In this document: positions 10,086 through 19,043 of the stretch, piece after piece
How the letters are laid out: every line of letters begins with the position of its first letter
Position numbering within the stretch: position 1 is the first letter of the stretch
Source: an uncultured Pirellulales bacterium
Lineage (GTDB): Bacteria > Planctomycetota > Planctomycetia > Pirellulales > CAYNRE01
Length of the DNA: 64,000 bases
Assembly: GCA_964399535.1 (NCBI GenBank)
Contig: CAYNRE010000076.1
Location: forward strand, 22,937 to 86,936
Direction: 5' to 3'
Notes under the pieces: model-generated
Told to the model about the DNA's origin: nothing
Seen by the model: the letters and a program-made list of their open reading frames with translations, nothing else
Databases searched by the model: none
Position numbers and translations under genes: made by a program

Positions 10086-13000
10086 ATGGTCTCGTCGAGA
10101 TCTCGAGGACGCGACCGGCAGCGCCGGCGGTCGCGCCGTCGTTGGAACTACCGGCTGCTTGCCGCCACGGCGGTTTTCTGCGTCGTCGTCGGCGGGCTGG
10201 CGCACCTGCACGTCGAACGCCAGCGGCAGCGTCTGGCTCAAGAGCTACTGGCCGAGGCTCAGCTTGCCGAAACCCGGGCGGACTGGCGCGGCGCCTTGGA
10301 AGCCTGGGAAAAGTTCCTCGCACTTCGCCCCGGCGAACCGGCTGGCCTGACGGGCCGGGCCTTGGCCTTCGCCAACGTCGCGGAAACCCGACAGCAGAAG
10401 CTGCGAGCCCTGAAGCTGGCAGGCGAAGTGCTCGACCACTCGCCGCAACGCGTCAAGCTCCTGGCGGTGCGGGCCCGGCTCGCACTGGAAGTGGGCGATC
10501 TTCCCCTGGCGGTGGCCCAGGCCGAACGGGCACTGCGGATCGACCCCGACCAATCTCAAGTGCTGCGATCGTGGGTGGGGGCGCTCACTGGAATGGCGCT
10601 CTCGGGCGATTCCGTAAGCTGGAACACCGTGGCCGAAGCACTCGCGCAGGCCGTCGCCCGGCTGCCCGGCGACGAGGTCCTGGCACTGCAACTGGCCTGG
10701 CTCTATCGCGAGCGCCCGGAAACCGCCAAGGGCCCCGCCCCGGCGGCCGCCGATGCCGTGCTCGATCGGCTGGTGCTCGCCGCGCCCCGATCGGCCGCGG
10801 CGTTTCTCGCCCGCTGGGAGTATCGCCGCGCATTCAGGCTGCCCGGCGGCGACGACGACCTGCGCCGGGCGGTGGAACTGGGGCCCGATCAGGTGGGGGT
10901 TCGCCTGGCGGCCGGGCAAGCGGCGCTCGAGCGACGCGACTGGAACGAAGCGGCGCTGCATTTCGATCGGCTCATCGCGCTGGAGCCCGACAACCGCCGA
11001 GGTTATCTCGGCCGAGCCGAGGCCGAGTCCGGGGCCGGCCAGGATGAAAAGTGCCGCGCCACCCTCCGAGCCGGACTCGAAGCGGCCGACCCTCGCGATG
11101 TACTGCTGAACCTGCGGCTGGCCGAACGCTTGCTATCGGTCGATCTCGACGCGGCAGGCGAACACCTCGAACGGGCCTCGGCGAGCCTGTGGTTGGGTAA
11201 CGAACCCGATCGCGAGGTTCGTCTCGCCCGCCGCGCCCGGGCGCTGGCCGTGGTTGAGGGGCGGTTCCACCTGGCCCGGCGGCAATGGGCCGCGGCCCTG
11301 GATTCGTTCGCCGCGGTTTTCGCCGAGCCGACGGCCGCGGGCGATCGCGGTCCCACGTCGGCCGAGCGCATCACGGCCTACTACGGTCAGGCGAGCTGCT
11401 TTGGGCAGCTCGGTCAAGAAGATCGAGCCGCGGCGGCCTACGATGCGGCGCGGCAAATTGAGCCGCAATCGGCCGCCCATTGCCTGGCCGCGGGGCGGGC
11501 CTGGCTGGCCGCCGGGCAACCCGGCCTGGCCCTGGCAGCCTGGAAGCAGGCCCAAAGCCTGACTCCGGCCGAATCGGAAGCGGCGCGGAGCCTGCGGCGG
11601 GCGGTGGCCCGCGCCGAAGTGGCCAGCCAGCGGCTGCAGCCCCCCGCGCGACGCAGTTGGGCAGCGGCCGATGCCGCTCTGAACGCCATGGCCGGCGATA
11701 CCCAGAGCCGGATGGAATTGGCGCTGCTCACGGCCGAACGGCGCTCGCTCTCGGGCGAACAGGCTGCGGCCGTGGCCGTTCTGCGGCAGGCCCGCGAGCA
11801 ATTCCCCGCTTCGCTGGAGGTTTGGCGCCGGCTGGTGTTGGCACTGGTCGAAGCCCAGCGGCCCGACGAGGCCGACCAGCTCCTCCGCGAGCCGGGCACG
11901 ACCTCCTGGCCGCGAATCGAGGTACTGCGCACGACCGTGGAGCGGTACCTGGCCGAGCGCCAGTTCTCCGCGGCCCTGGTCCCTGTCCGCGCCGAGCTGG
12001 AGCAGGCCAACGATGCCGATCGGACCAAGCTGCTGCAGATTCTCTCCGAAATTCACCTGGCCGCCGGCGACCTTGCGGCCGCGCGACGATCGTTGATCGA
12101 ACGGGCCCTTTTCGAGCCGGGCCAGCCGACCCTCACCACGCAATTGGCCGATCTGGCACTGCAAGGGGGCGATTGGCCCGATCTGCAAGTCTGGGAAGAT
12201 CGCCTCCGCGAACTCGAAGGCAGGGACGGCGCCGGCTGGCGCTACTTTCAGGCCCGGCGGCTCCTGGCCCAGGTACAGCGGGCCGACGATCCCCGTTTGG
12301 CCCACGCCGCCGAGCTGGCCGACGAGTTGGCCGTCCGCCGCCCGCACTGGTCGCGCACCTGGCTGTTGCGGGGTTTGCTGAGCGAGGCGCAGGGCGGTAC
12401 GCCCGAGGCATCGCTCGCCGCCTACCGCCAGGCACTCCAGGCCCCCGACGCCGATTTGCTGGCGCTCGAACGATTGGTGGCCCTGCTCGACGGGCAGTCG
12501 CGTCTGGCCGAAGCCGAACCTTATGTCGACCTCTGGGCCGACCGCTTGACGACCTCGCGCTGGCTAAGTGCCCGGGTCATCGAAAGTCTTCTCGCCCTGG
12601 GCCAAGGGGGCCGCGCCGTCCGCCTTGCCCGGCTCGCCGTGGACCAGCGTCCGGGCGATCCGCTGCGGCGGCTCTGGTTGGCACAAACCCTGGCCGCCAT
12701 CGGCGACAACCGCGCCGCCGAGGCCCAGTTCATCACGGTGATCGAAGGCTCGCCCGGCGACGGGCGGGCATGGACCGGGCTTTTCCTTTGCCAGCTCGCG
12801 GCGGAGCGCCAGGCGGCAGCGCGGGAAACCTTGATTCGCCTGGCCGCCACTTCGGCGGTCGACCCCGCGGCCAAGTTTCGCATTCTCTGCGAAGGCTTCG
12901 CTCGGCTGGGCGATGCGCAGCTCGCCGACGAGGCCTATCGCGAGGCCCTACGCCTGGCGCCCGCCGATCCGGGGCTGCACGAGCGTGCCGCGGCATTCTT

Positions 13001-14423
13001 CCTGGGGCGCGACGACGCCTTCGCCGAGCAGTTGCTTCGCCGCCTGATCGAGCTGGCTCCTAACCCCTTGTCGGCGCGCCAACAGCTAATTCGCACCCTG
13101 GCAAGCCGGGGCGATGAGCGGGCCTGGCAAGAAGCCTGGCGGCTGCTGCAAGCGGGCCGGCCCTCGTCGCGTCCGCCGCAGGCCGACGATCTTCGGCTCG
13201 AAGCCTGGGTGCTTTCGCGCCGCGGCACCACCGCCGAACGAAAACAGGCGGTCGAACGATTGTCGCAGCTCCGCTACGAGTTCCAGCAGGCCAGCGACGA
13301 GGATCTGCGCCTGCTGGGCCAGCTTTATCGCGAACTCGAACAACCGACTCACGCCCGCCGGCTGCTGACCCAACTGGCCGATCGGGAGGAAGCCTCGTCC
13401 GGCGACCTCGTCGCCGCCGCGGAAGTGCTTTTGGGGCTGGGAGCCGACGCGGAGGCGGGGCCGTACATCCGGCGCCTGGCCGAACGCGAACCGACCGCCT
13501 GGACCACGCTGCTGCTGCGGGGGCGCTTGCTCCGGTTGCAAGGGCAAGTCGAGGCTATCCAAAGCACCTTCGAGCCCATCTGGCAATCGCAGCTTGATTC
13601 GGTCGACGATCCCGCCGGGCGGGGGCTGGTGCACTGGCAAGCCGGCCGGCTCTACGCGGCCCTCGAGCAAGACGACGCGGCCGAGCGCCACTTTCGCCAA
13701 GCCCTGAGCCTGGCTCCCCAGGGAAGCCACACCTGGACCGGCTGGCTCACCGCCCGCGGACGCTTCGGCGAAGCGGTCGACCACTGCTGTCAGCGATTGT
13801 CGGACCGCGGCACCCCCGAAGAAGCCATCGCCCTTTGCGACACGCTAACCGTGGCCGGCGCCAGCGCAGAGTTGATCCACCGGGCCCGCCCGCTCTTGGA
13901 GGTCGCCGGTGAGCGGTTCGCCGACCACACCGGTTTTCTCCTGGCTCGCGGAAACCTGGCCTTCACGGCGGGCGAGTCTCAAACGGCGATCGACTATTTT
14001 CGCCGGGTGCTCGAGCGAGAACCGGACCACGTGGCCGCTCTCAACAATCTGGCGATGCTGCTCTCGGAAGACCCTCCATCGTTGAGCGAAGCCGAACAGC
14101 GGCTGACCGCCGCCTTGAAGTTGGCCGGCCCGCGGCCCTGGCTGCAAGAAACCCTGGCGGTCATTCGGCTCCGCCAGGGCAACCTGGCCGAAGCCCGAGA
14201 CCTGTTGACCGCGCTGGCGCTGGAACCCCGCCCCTCGCCGACAAGCTGGTTCCACCTGGCGGTCTTACAGCAACAGGCCGGCCAGCCGGACGAAGCGCGG
14301 CGGGCTCTGGCCGAAGCCGAGCGAGCCCAGCTCGACGCGCGACATCTCTCCTCGTCCGAGCGGCTGCAACTGGCCGAGCTCACCAAGGTATTGCACGACG
14401 ACCCCGGCGAGGAAGCCCCCTAA
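10086..14423 (+). CDS. Giant membrane-anchored TPR protein (1445 aa)
   Basis: Arg-rich N-terminus, then one TM helix (LLAATAVFCVVVGGL), then continuous TPR-like helical repeats, e.g. AIDYFRRVLEREPDHVAALNNLAMLL. Confidence 0.85.
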   Translation: MVSSRSRGRDRQRRRSRRRWNYRLLAATAVFCVVVGGLAHLHVERQRQRLAQELLAEAQLAETRADWRGALEAWEKFLALRPGEPAGLTGRALAFANVAETRQQKLRALKLAGEVLDHSPQRVKLLAVRARLALEVGDLPLAVAQAERALRIDPDQSQVLRSWVGALTGMALSGDSVSWNTVAEALAQAVARLPGDEVLALQLAWLYRERPETAKGPAPAAADAVLDRLVLAAPRSAAAFLARWEYRRAFRLPGGDDDLRRAVELGPDQVGVRLAAGQAALERRDWNEAALHFDRLIALEPDNRRGYLGRAEAESGAGQDEKCRATLRAGLEAADPRDVLLNLRLAERLLSVDLDAAGEHLERASASLWLGNEPDREVRLARRARALAVVEGRFHLARRQWAAALDSFAAVFAEPTAAGDRGPTSAERITAYYGQASCFGQLGQEDRAAAAYDAARQIEPQSAAHCLAAGRAWLAAGQPGLALAAWKQAQSLTPAESEAARSLRRAVARAEVASQRLQPPARRSWAAADAALNAMAGDTQSRMELALLTAERRSLSGEQAAAVAVLRQAREQFPASLEVWRRLVLALVEAQRPDEADQLLREPGTTSWPRIEVLRTTVERYLAERQFSAALVPVRAELEQANDADRTKLLQILSEIHLAAGDLAAARRSLIERALFEPGQPTLTTQLADLALQGGDWPDLQVWEDRLRELEGRDGAGWRYFQARRLLAQVQRADDPRLAHAAELADELAVRRPHWSRTWLLRGLLSEAQGGTPEASLAAYRQALQAPDADLLALERLVALLDGQSRLAEAEPYVDLWADRLTTSRWLSARVIESLLALGQGGRAVRLARLAVDQRPGDPLRRLWLAQTLAAIGDNRAAEAQFITVIEGSPGDGRAWTGLFLCQLAAERQAAARETLIRLAATSAVDPAAKFRILCEGFARLGDAQLADEAYREALRLAPADPGLHERAAAFFLGRDDAFAEQLLRRLIELAPNPLSARQQLIRTLASRGDERAWQEAWRLLQAGRPSSRPPQADDLRLEAWVLSRRGTTAERKQAVERLSQLRYEFQQASDEDLRLLGQLYRELEQPTHARRLLTQLADREEASSGDLVAAAEVLLGLGADAEAGPYIRRLAEREPTAWTTLLLRGRLLRLQGQVEAIQSTFEPIWQSQLDSVDDPAGRGLVHWQAGRLYAALEQDDAAERHFRQALSLAPQGSHTWTGWLTARGRFGEAVDHCCQRLSDRGTPEEAIALCDTLTVAGASAELIHRARPLLEVAGERFADHTGFLLARGNLAFTAGESQTAIDYFRRVLEREPDHVAALNNLAMLLSEDPPSLSEAEQRLTAALKLAGPRPWLQETLAVIRLRQGNLAEARDLLTALALEPRPSPTSWFHLAVLQQQAGQPDEARRALAEAERAQLDARHLSSSERLQLAELTKVLHDDPGEEAP

Positions 14424-14461
14424 GTGGCCGCCGAGCTAATTGAAAAGCGCCCTCCGCGCGA

Positions 14462-14613
14462 GCAGCCTGTTGAAGAATTCCCCGGGCTGCGTCCTCGCAG
14501 GGATGCGAGGCCCGAATCACGAGGTAAGTCGTTATTCTGCGAGCCGCGACGAGCTTGGCTCCGGACTTGGCGAGGTTAACAAATGTCACGAGGGCTTTTG
14601 TTCGACCGCTTGC
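14462..14613. mobile_element. Possible degenerate MITE/REP-like element between convergent TPR genes
   Basis: GCAGCCTGTTGAAGAA (14462-14477) and TTGTTCGACCGCTTGC (14598-14613) match as inverted repeats at 11/16 positions. The interior is less GC-rich than the flanks. No transposase is present. Confidence 0.3.
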
Positions 14614-14618
14614 GAAGC

Positions 14619-17600
14619 CTACGATTCCCGCGGCCCTGGCGAACTCTCGACCGCCAGATGCGACTGGAGCCGCTCGAGCGCCGCCTGATCGCGAGGAGGC
14701 AACGGACGCAACCCGCGCGATCGGGCAACCTCCAGGGCCAACCGGGCGTCGCGGTCCTCGCCCAGCGCCGCGTAGGCTTCGGCCAGGTGCAGCCACCACC
14801 CGCCCGGCGCCCCGGGGCGCAACACGATCGACTCGCTCCAGCCAGCCGCTAGCTCGGCAAGTCCGGCCGAGAGCTCGGCCACGCTCAGCGTGTCGACAAA
14901 CGCCGGGAGCGGCCCCGCCAGTCGGGTCGCCTCGGCCAATGTCGCCCGGGCTCGATCGGCCAGCGACAGGTGGGTTGCTTCGATCCAGGCCCGATTGTTC
15001 CAGAGGACTGGGTTGGCGGGGTCTTGCGCCAGGGCCCGCTCGGTCAGCCGCAAGGCCTCGTCCGGGCGGCCCTGTTGATCCAGTAGCACTGCCCAGCTTG
15101 CCCATAAACCGATCGGTGGAGGATCGGCCGATCGCTCGGTGGCGTCCACCAAATCGCTTACGCGCCGGTTCAGCTCGGCGTAGCCCGCCGTCTGCGTTTC
15201 GGCCGTCAGCAGCCACTGGCAGCACAGTTCGGCCAGGGCAAGCCGCTCGGCTCCGGCGGCCTCGTCGAGGGCCTGGACCAACCGCGGGCCGCCGTCCGGA
15301 CGTGTCGTCCACCACCGAAGTTGGCAGCGCTGCTCGGGGGGCAACCATCGCGCGGCGTCTTCGACGCCTTGTTCGGCTGCGGCCGGGTCGATGCGCGCCC
15401 AGAGCCCGGCGATTTCCACCACGCGCTGCGCGCCCCAGGCCGGCGGAGGCTGGCCCTGGCCGATGTCGAGAAGTTGTTGCGCGGCCCAGCGAGCCGTGTC
15501 CGAGGCGCGCCCCCCGGCAACGGCGCATTGCAGACGCAGAAACTCCGCCCGCGGAAAACCGCCCCCAGCGGCCTCGAGCGCCTCGAGCAGCGCTTCGGCG
15601 GCATCGGCAAGACCGGCCGCCGTCGCCCATTCGGCCGCCGTGAGTAGTTGTCCCCGTTGCGGCGGGCCGGAGTTGCGAGGGGCGTCGATCAGCGACTTCA
15701 ACAGCCGGGCTGCCTCCTCCGTGTCGCCGCCGAGCAAACTTAACTGGGCGAGCACGAGCCGGTCTCCCGGTCCCTGCGCGTCGCTCGGGAGCGACGAGAG
15801 CAGTTCTCTCGCCTCGCGACGAGCAACCGGTCCCCCGTCCAATAATCGCGCCAACGCCCGCAGCCGCGGGTGGTCCGCCGCCGCGGGTTCGTCCTCGCCG
15901 GTCGAAAGCCAGACTAGCTTTTGGGCCAGGCTCGATTGGGGCACGGCGGGCGAGTGCGCCGCCGGTGCATCCGGCACCAGGGCGTCGGTCCGGAACACCG
16001 AGCACTGGTCGAAAACGGATTGCAACGCCCCGTCTTCGAGGGCAGCCACCCGTCGCAACGCCTCTTCGGCTTCTGCGAATCGACCATCGAGGTCCGCCCC
16101 GATCCCGGCCACCAATTGTCGCCAGAGGGCCTGATCCTCGCAGGCGAGTCGCCCCCAAACGCGCACGGCGCGCCAACCCGCCAGGGCGCGATCGCTCGAA
16201 CTGCCCTCGAGCGTTTCGCTCATAAACGCGGCCCAGGTCAGCCAGGCGGCCAACGAGTTGGGATGGCGTTCGATCAACGATTCAAAGTGCTCGGCGGCCG
16301 CCGCGGCGTCGCGCGGCCCCCCCCGCCGCCAAAGCACCCGCCCCCGCAGAAGCTCTAGCGCCACCTCGCCGGGTTGGCGAACCAAAGCCGCGTCGATCAG
16401 CGCCAGGGCCGAGTCGAATTCACCCCGCTCGATCAGCATCCGGATTCCCAAGGGGAGCACCTCGGGCTTAAGTCGGCTCGCTGGGGGCAACTGGTCCCAG
16501 GTGGTCGCAACCAGTACCGGATCGCGCGCGAGCAGCCCTAGTCCGATCAATTTGCGAGCCAGCGCCAGCCGGCGATCGCCCAACTTCCAGGCCTGGCGGT
16601 ACCCTTGTTGGGCGCGGGTCCAGTCGCCCCGCAACTCGGCGACTTGGGCCTGACCGGCCTCGGCCAGAGGCCAGTCGGGCCTGCTGGCGACCAGCGACCT
16701 GGCCAGTTCCTGTGCCCGGTCGAGCGCGGCCCTCTCGCCGGTTCGAGCCCGGGCCAACTCGCCGCGAAGCGTGGCAAAGTCGGCCAGCGATGTTCCCTCG
16801 GCACCCAGCTCGCGCAATCGCGCGGCGCACCACTGCAGCCGCGGTAAGTCTCCCTCGGCCAGGGCTCGCTCGATTTCGTCCAGCCACTGTGCGTAGCCGG
16901 CCCGCTCGACCGAATCCTCCCCCTCCGAGGCGTCGGCCAACAGGATCGGCGCCAGCGCCTCATCGCCGGCAAGGGCCTCGGATCGCTCGACCGCCTCGCG
17001 CGCCGCCTCCGGTTCACCGACCCGATCGAGCAACGAGGCCAGGTCACGCCAGAACTTTGGATTCTGCCGAAATACTCGCGCCAGCGTTCGCACTTCGGTC
17101 AGCCATTGGGCTCGGTCGATGGCCGTGCGGTAAAGCCGCGATTCGACCAGCACCAAAGCCAGGCGGTAATCGCCGCGCGCGAGCTCGGCCGCCTGGGCAA
17201 ACGCCTGGTCGAATTCGTCCCACGTTCGCTCCGCGACCGATCGGCTGGCCTGGAGCCGCAAGCACGACTCGGCCAGTTCGCGCCAAGCCGTTCCCGTAAT
17301 CGCCCAGGGGTTGGGCACCGGCGGCCCCAGGGCACGACGAAACTGCTGGTTGGCCTCTTCCCACCGACCGGCCGCCACGAGACCGCGGGCCAGGCCCAGC
17401 CGCAGCGCCGTGGCCTCGGGCGATTGCTCGAGGGCCTGCCGGTAGGCGGCAATGGCCAGATCGATCTGTCCGGCCAGAAACCGCGCTCGGCCCACTTCGC
17501 CCCAGACCGCGGCCGAGGCGCGCTCGCGGCGGGCCAGCGCGGCCGCCGCCTCCAGGTGGGCCAATCCCGCGGCCGGCCGGCGCCCCGGATTGCGCTCCGC

Positions 17601-18929
17601 CAGGCACCGCCGGGCCCGCAGCAGGTTGGCCAACACCCGCCACTGGGCCGGGGCCGGAGTCGCCTGCCGGGCCGAGGCGCCTAGCCGGTCGATCCAGCGG
17701 TCGAGTCGCTCGCCGGCAGCCGACCATTGTTCGGCCCAGAGCAATAGTTCCGCCCCCCGCGCGGAAAACAACCACACGCCCGGCGGCACGTGTTGCTCGG
17801 CTTTCGCAAGCACGTCGGCCATGGCCTGGGGGCTACCGGCCAGGGCGTGCCATTGGGCCAAGGCCAGAGCGGGGCGAGGATCGGTCGGCGCGCATCGGAC
17901 TGCTTCTTCCAGGTAGCGGCGGCACTCGGTCAGGCGCGCCGGGTGAATCGCTGGAAGCGAGTCGAGCGGTGGAAGTTCCAATTCAACCGTTAGCGGCACA
18001 TACGACTCGGCCACGGCCAAGAGCACCTCGACGTTGTCAGGCGCGATCCGCAGCGCTGCGGCCAGATCGGAATCGAGTCGCGGCTGCGCTAGGTGCGGAG
18101 GAGTTTGCACACCCGGTTCATGAAGCCGGCGGTACGAATATCGCAGCAACCGCGGCTCGAGGGCCTGAGGTTTTTTCTCCACCGCCCCGTCGACCAGTTG
18201 CCGGGCGGCATCCAGGGCTGCCTCGGGCGTCGCGAAACGTACCGGGCGTGCGTCGCGGTGCTGGGCCGCGCGGTGCAGCAGCGTCGCCAGGCGAAGCACC
18301 ACCAGCAGATTCTCCGGCTCACGCTCGACAAGCTCCTGGTAAGCTTCGATGGCCCGCCGGAAGACCGCCCCCTGGGCGCCGGGGCGCTCGGTCAACCGGT
18401 CGCAAGCTCGAGCCTTCAGGCGCCAGCCGCCAGCCGCGCGGGGGTTGGCCTCGAGCACCGCCTCGGCCGCCGCCAGGGCAAACTCCGGATCGGCCTCGAG
18501 TCTCAGTTCGCCCAGCCGCAGCCGCAAGGCCGGATCGGTCGGGTTAGCGTCGACGGCAACGGCATAAAGGTGCGCCGCCCAGGCCCGCTGGCGTGGGGTC
18601 GTCGCCTGGTGATCGACGCTTCGGGCCAGGCGAGTCAGAGCGGCGGGGTCGCCGGGGCGCAGCCTGAGGTAAGTCCGCAGTCGATACTCGGCCTCGGACC
18701 AACGGCCGGCCTGTTCGGCACGGCCGGCGGCAACCGCAAGCCAGTCCGCCATGCGGCTCATCTGCCAGCGATGCCAACCCCAAAGGGCCGGCACGGCCAG
18801 CACCGCCAGGCAGAGCGGCGCCCCCAGCCAACGCAGGTTTAGCACCTGGCGCCGCGCCGCGCGCTCGGGATGCCCCGGGCGGAAACGATCCCACCATCTC
18901 CGGTGCCGGGTCCTCGGCCGACGCGACAT
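14619..18929 (-). CDS. Giant membrane-anchored TPR protein (1436 aa), similar in architecture to 10086-14423
   Basis: Arg-rich N-terminus, TM helix (LGAPLCLAVLAVPALWGW), TPR repeats, and a C-terminal NPVLWNNRAWIEA...DTLSVAEL...WWLHLAEAY segment similar to the other TPR gene. Confidence 0.85.
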   Translation of the reverse strand: MSRRPRTRHRRWWDRFRPGHPERAARRQVLNLRWLGAPLCLAVLAVPALWGWHRWQMSRMADWLAVAAGRAEQAGRWSEAEYRLRTYLRLRPGDPAALTRLARSVDHQATTPRQRAWAAHLYAVAVDANPTDPALRLRLGELRLEADPEFALAAAEAVLEANPRAAGGWRLKARACDRLTERPGAQGAVFRRAIEAYQELVEREPENLLVVLRLATLLHRAAQHRDARPVRFATPEAALDAARQLVDGAVEKKPQALEPRLLRYSYRRLHEPGVQTPPHLAQPRLDSDLAAALRIAPDNVEVLLAVAESYVPLTVELELPPLDSLPAIHPARLTECRRYLEEAVRCAPTDPRPALALAQWHALAGSPQAMADVLAKAEQHVPPGVWLFSARGAELLLWAEQWSAAGERLDRWIDRLGASARQATPAPAQWRVLANLLRARRCLAERNPGRRPAAGLAHLEAAAALARRERASAAVWGEVGRARFLAGQIDLAIAAYRQALEQSPEATALRLGLARGLVAAGRWEEANQQFRRALGPPVPNPWAITGTAWRELAESCLRLQASRSVAERTWDEFDQAFAQAAELARGDYRLALVLVESRLYRTAIDRAQWLTEVRTLARVFRQNPKFWRDLASLLDRVGEPEAAREAVERSEALAGDEALAPILLADASEGEDSVERAGYAQWLDEIERALAEGDLPRLQWCAARLRELGAEGTSLADFATLRGELARARTGERAALDRAQELARSLVASRPDWPLAEAGQAQVAELRGDWTRAQQGYRQAWKLGDRRLALARKLIGLGLLARDPVLVATTWDQLPPASRLKPEVLPLGIRMLIERGEFDSALALIDAALVRQPGEVALELLRGRVLWRRGGPRDAAAAAEHFESLIERHPNSLAAWLTWAAFMSETLEGSSSDRALAGWRAVRVWGRLACEDQALWRQLVAGIGADLDGRFAEAEEALRRVAALEDGALQSVFDQCSVFRTDALVPDAPAAHSPAVPQSSLAQKLVWLSTGEDEPAAADHPRLRALARLLDGGPVARREARELLSSLPSDAQGPGDRLVLAQLSLLGGDTEEAARLLKSLIDAPRNSGPPQRGQLLTAAEWATAAGLADAAEALLEALEAAGGGFPRAEFLRLQCAVAGGRASDTARWAAQQLLDIGQGQPPPAWGAQRVVEIAGLWARIDPAAAEQGVEDAARWLPPEQRCQLRWWTTRPDGGPRLVQALDEAAGAERLALAELCCQWLLTAETQTAGYAELNRRVSDLVDATERSADPPPIGLWASWAVLLDQQGRPDEALRLTERALAQDPANPVLWNNRAWIEATHLSLADRARATLAEATRLAGPLPAFVDTLSVAELSAGLAELAAGWSESIVLRPGAPGGWWLHLAEAYAALGEDRDARLALEVARSRGLRPLPPRDQAALERLQSHLAVESSPGPRES

Positions 18930-19043
18930 GTCGCCGCCACCTATCTGAATACGGATTCGGCGCGACCCGACGCATCAAGCCGGCCTGGGTGAACGCCGAT
19001 TGGCCCCGAATCAAACAACCCGCAGGAACTTCGATGCGAGGTC

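Noticed and set aside
14380-16176. Long shadow ORFs (e.g. 1928-3760, 14380-16176, 29264-31045, 34400-36265, 58553-60211, 61448-63274)
   Set aside because: They overlap motif-supported genes in other frames or strands and carry no motifs. Stop-poor alternative frames are expected at this high GC content.
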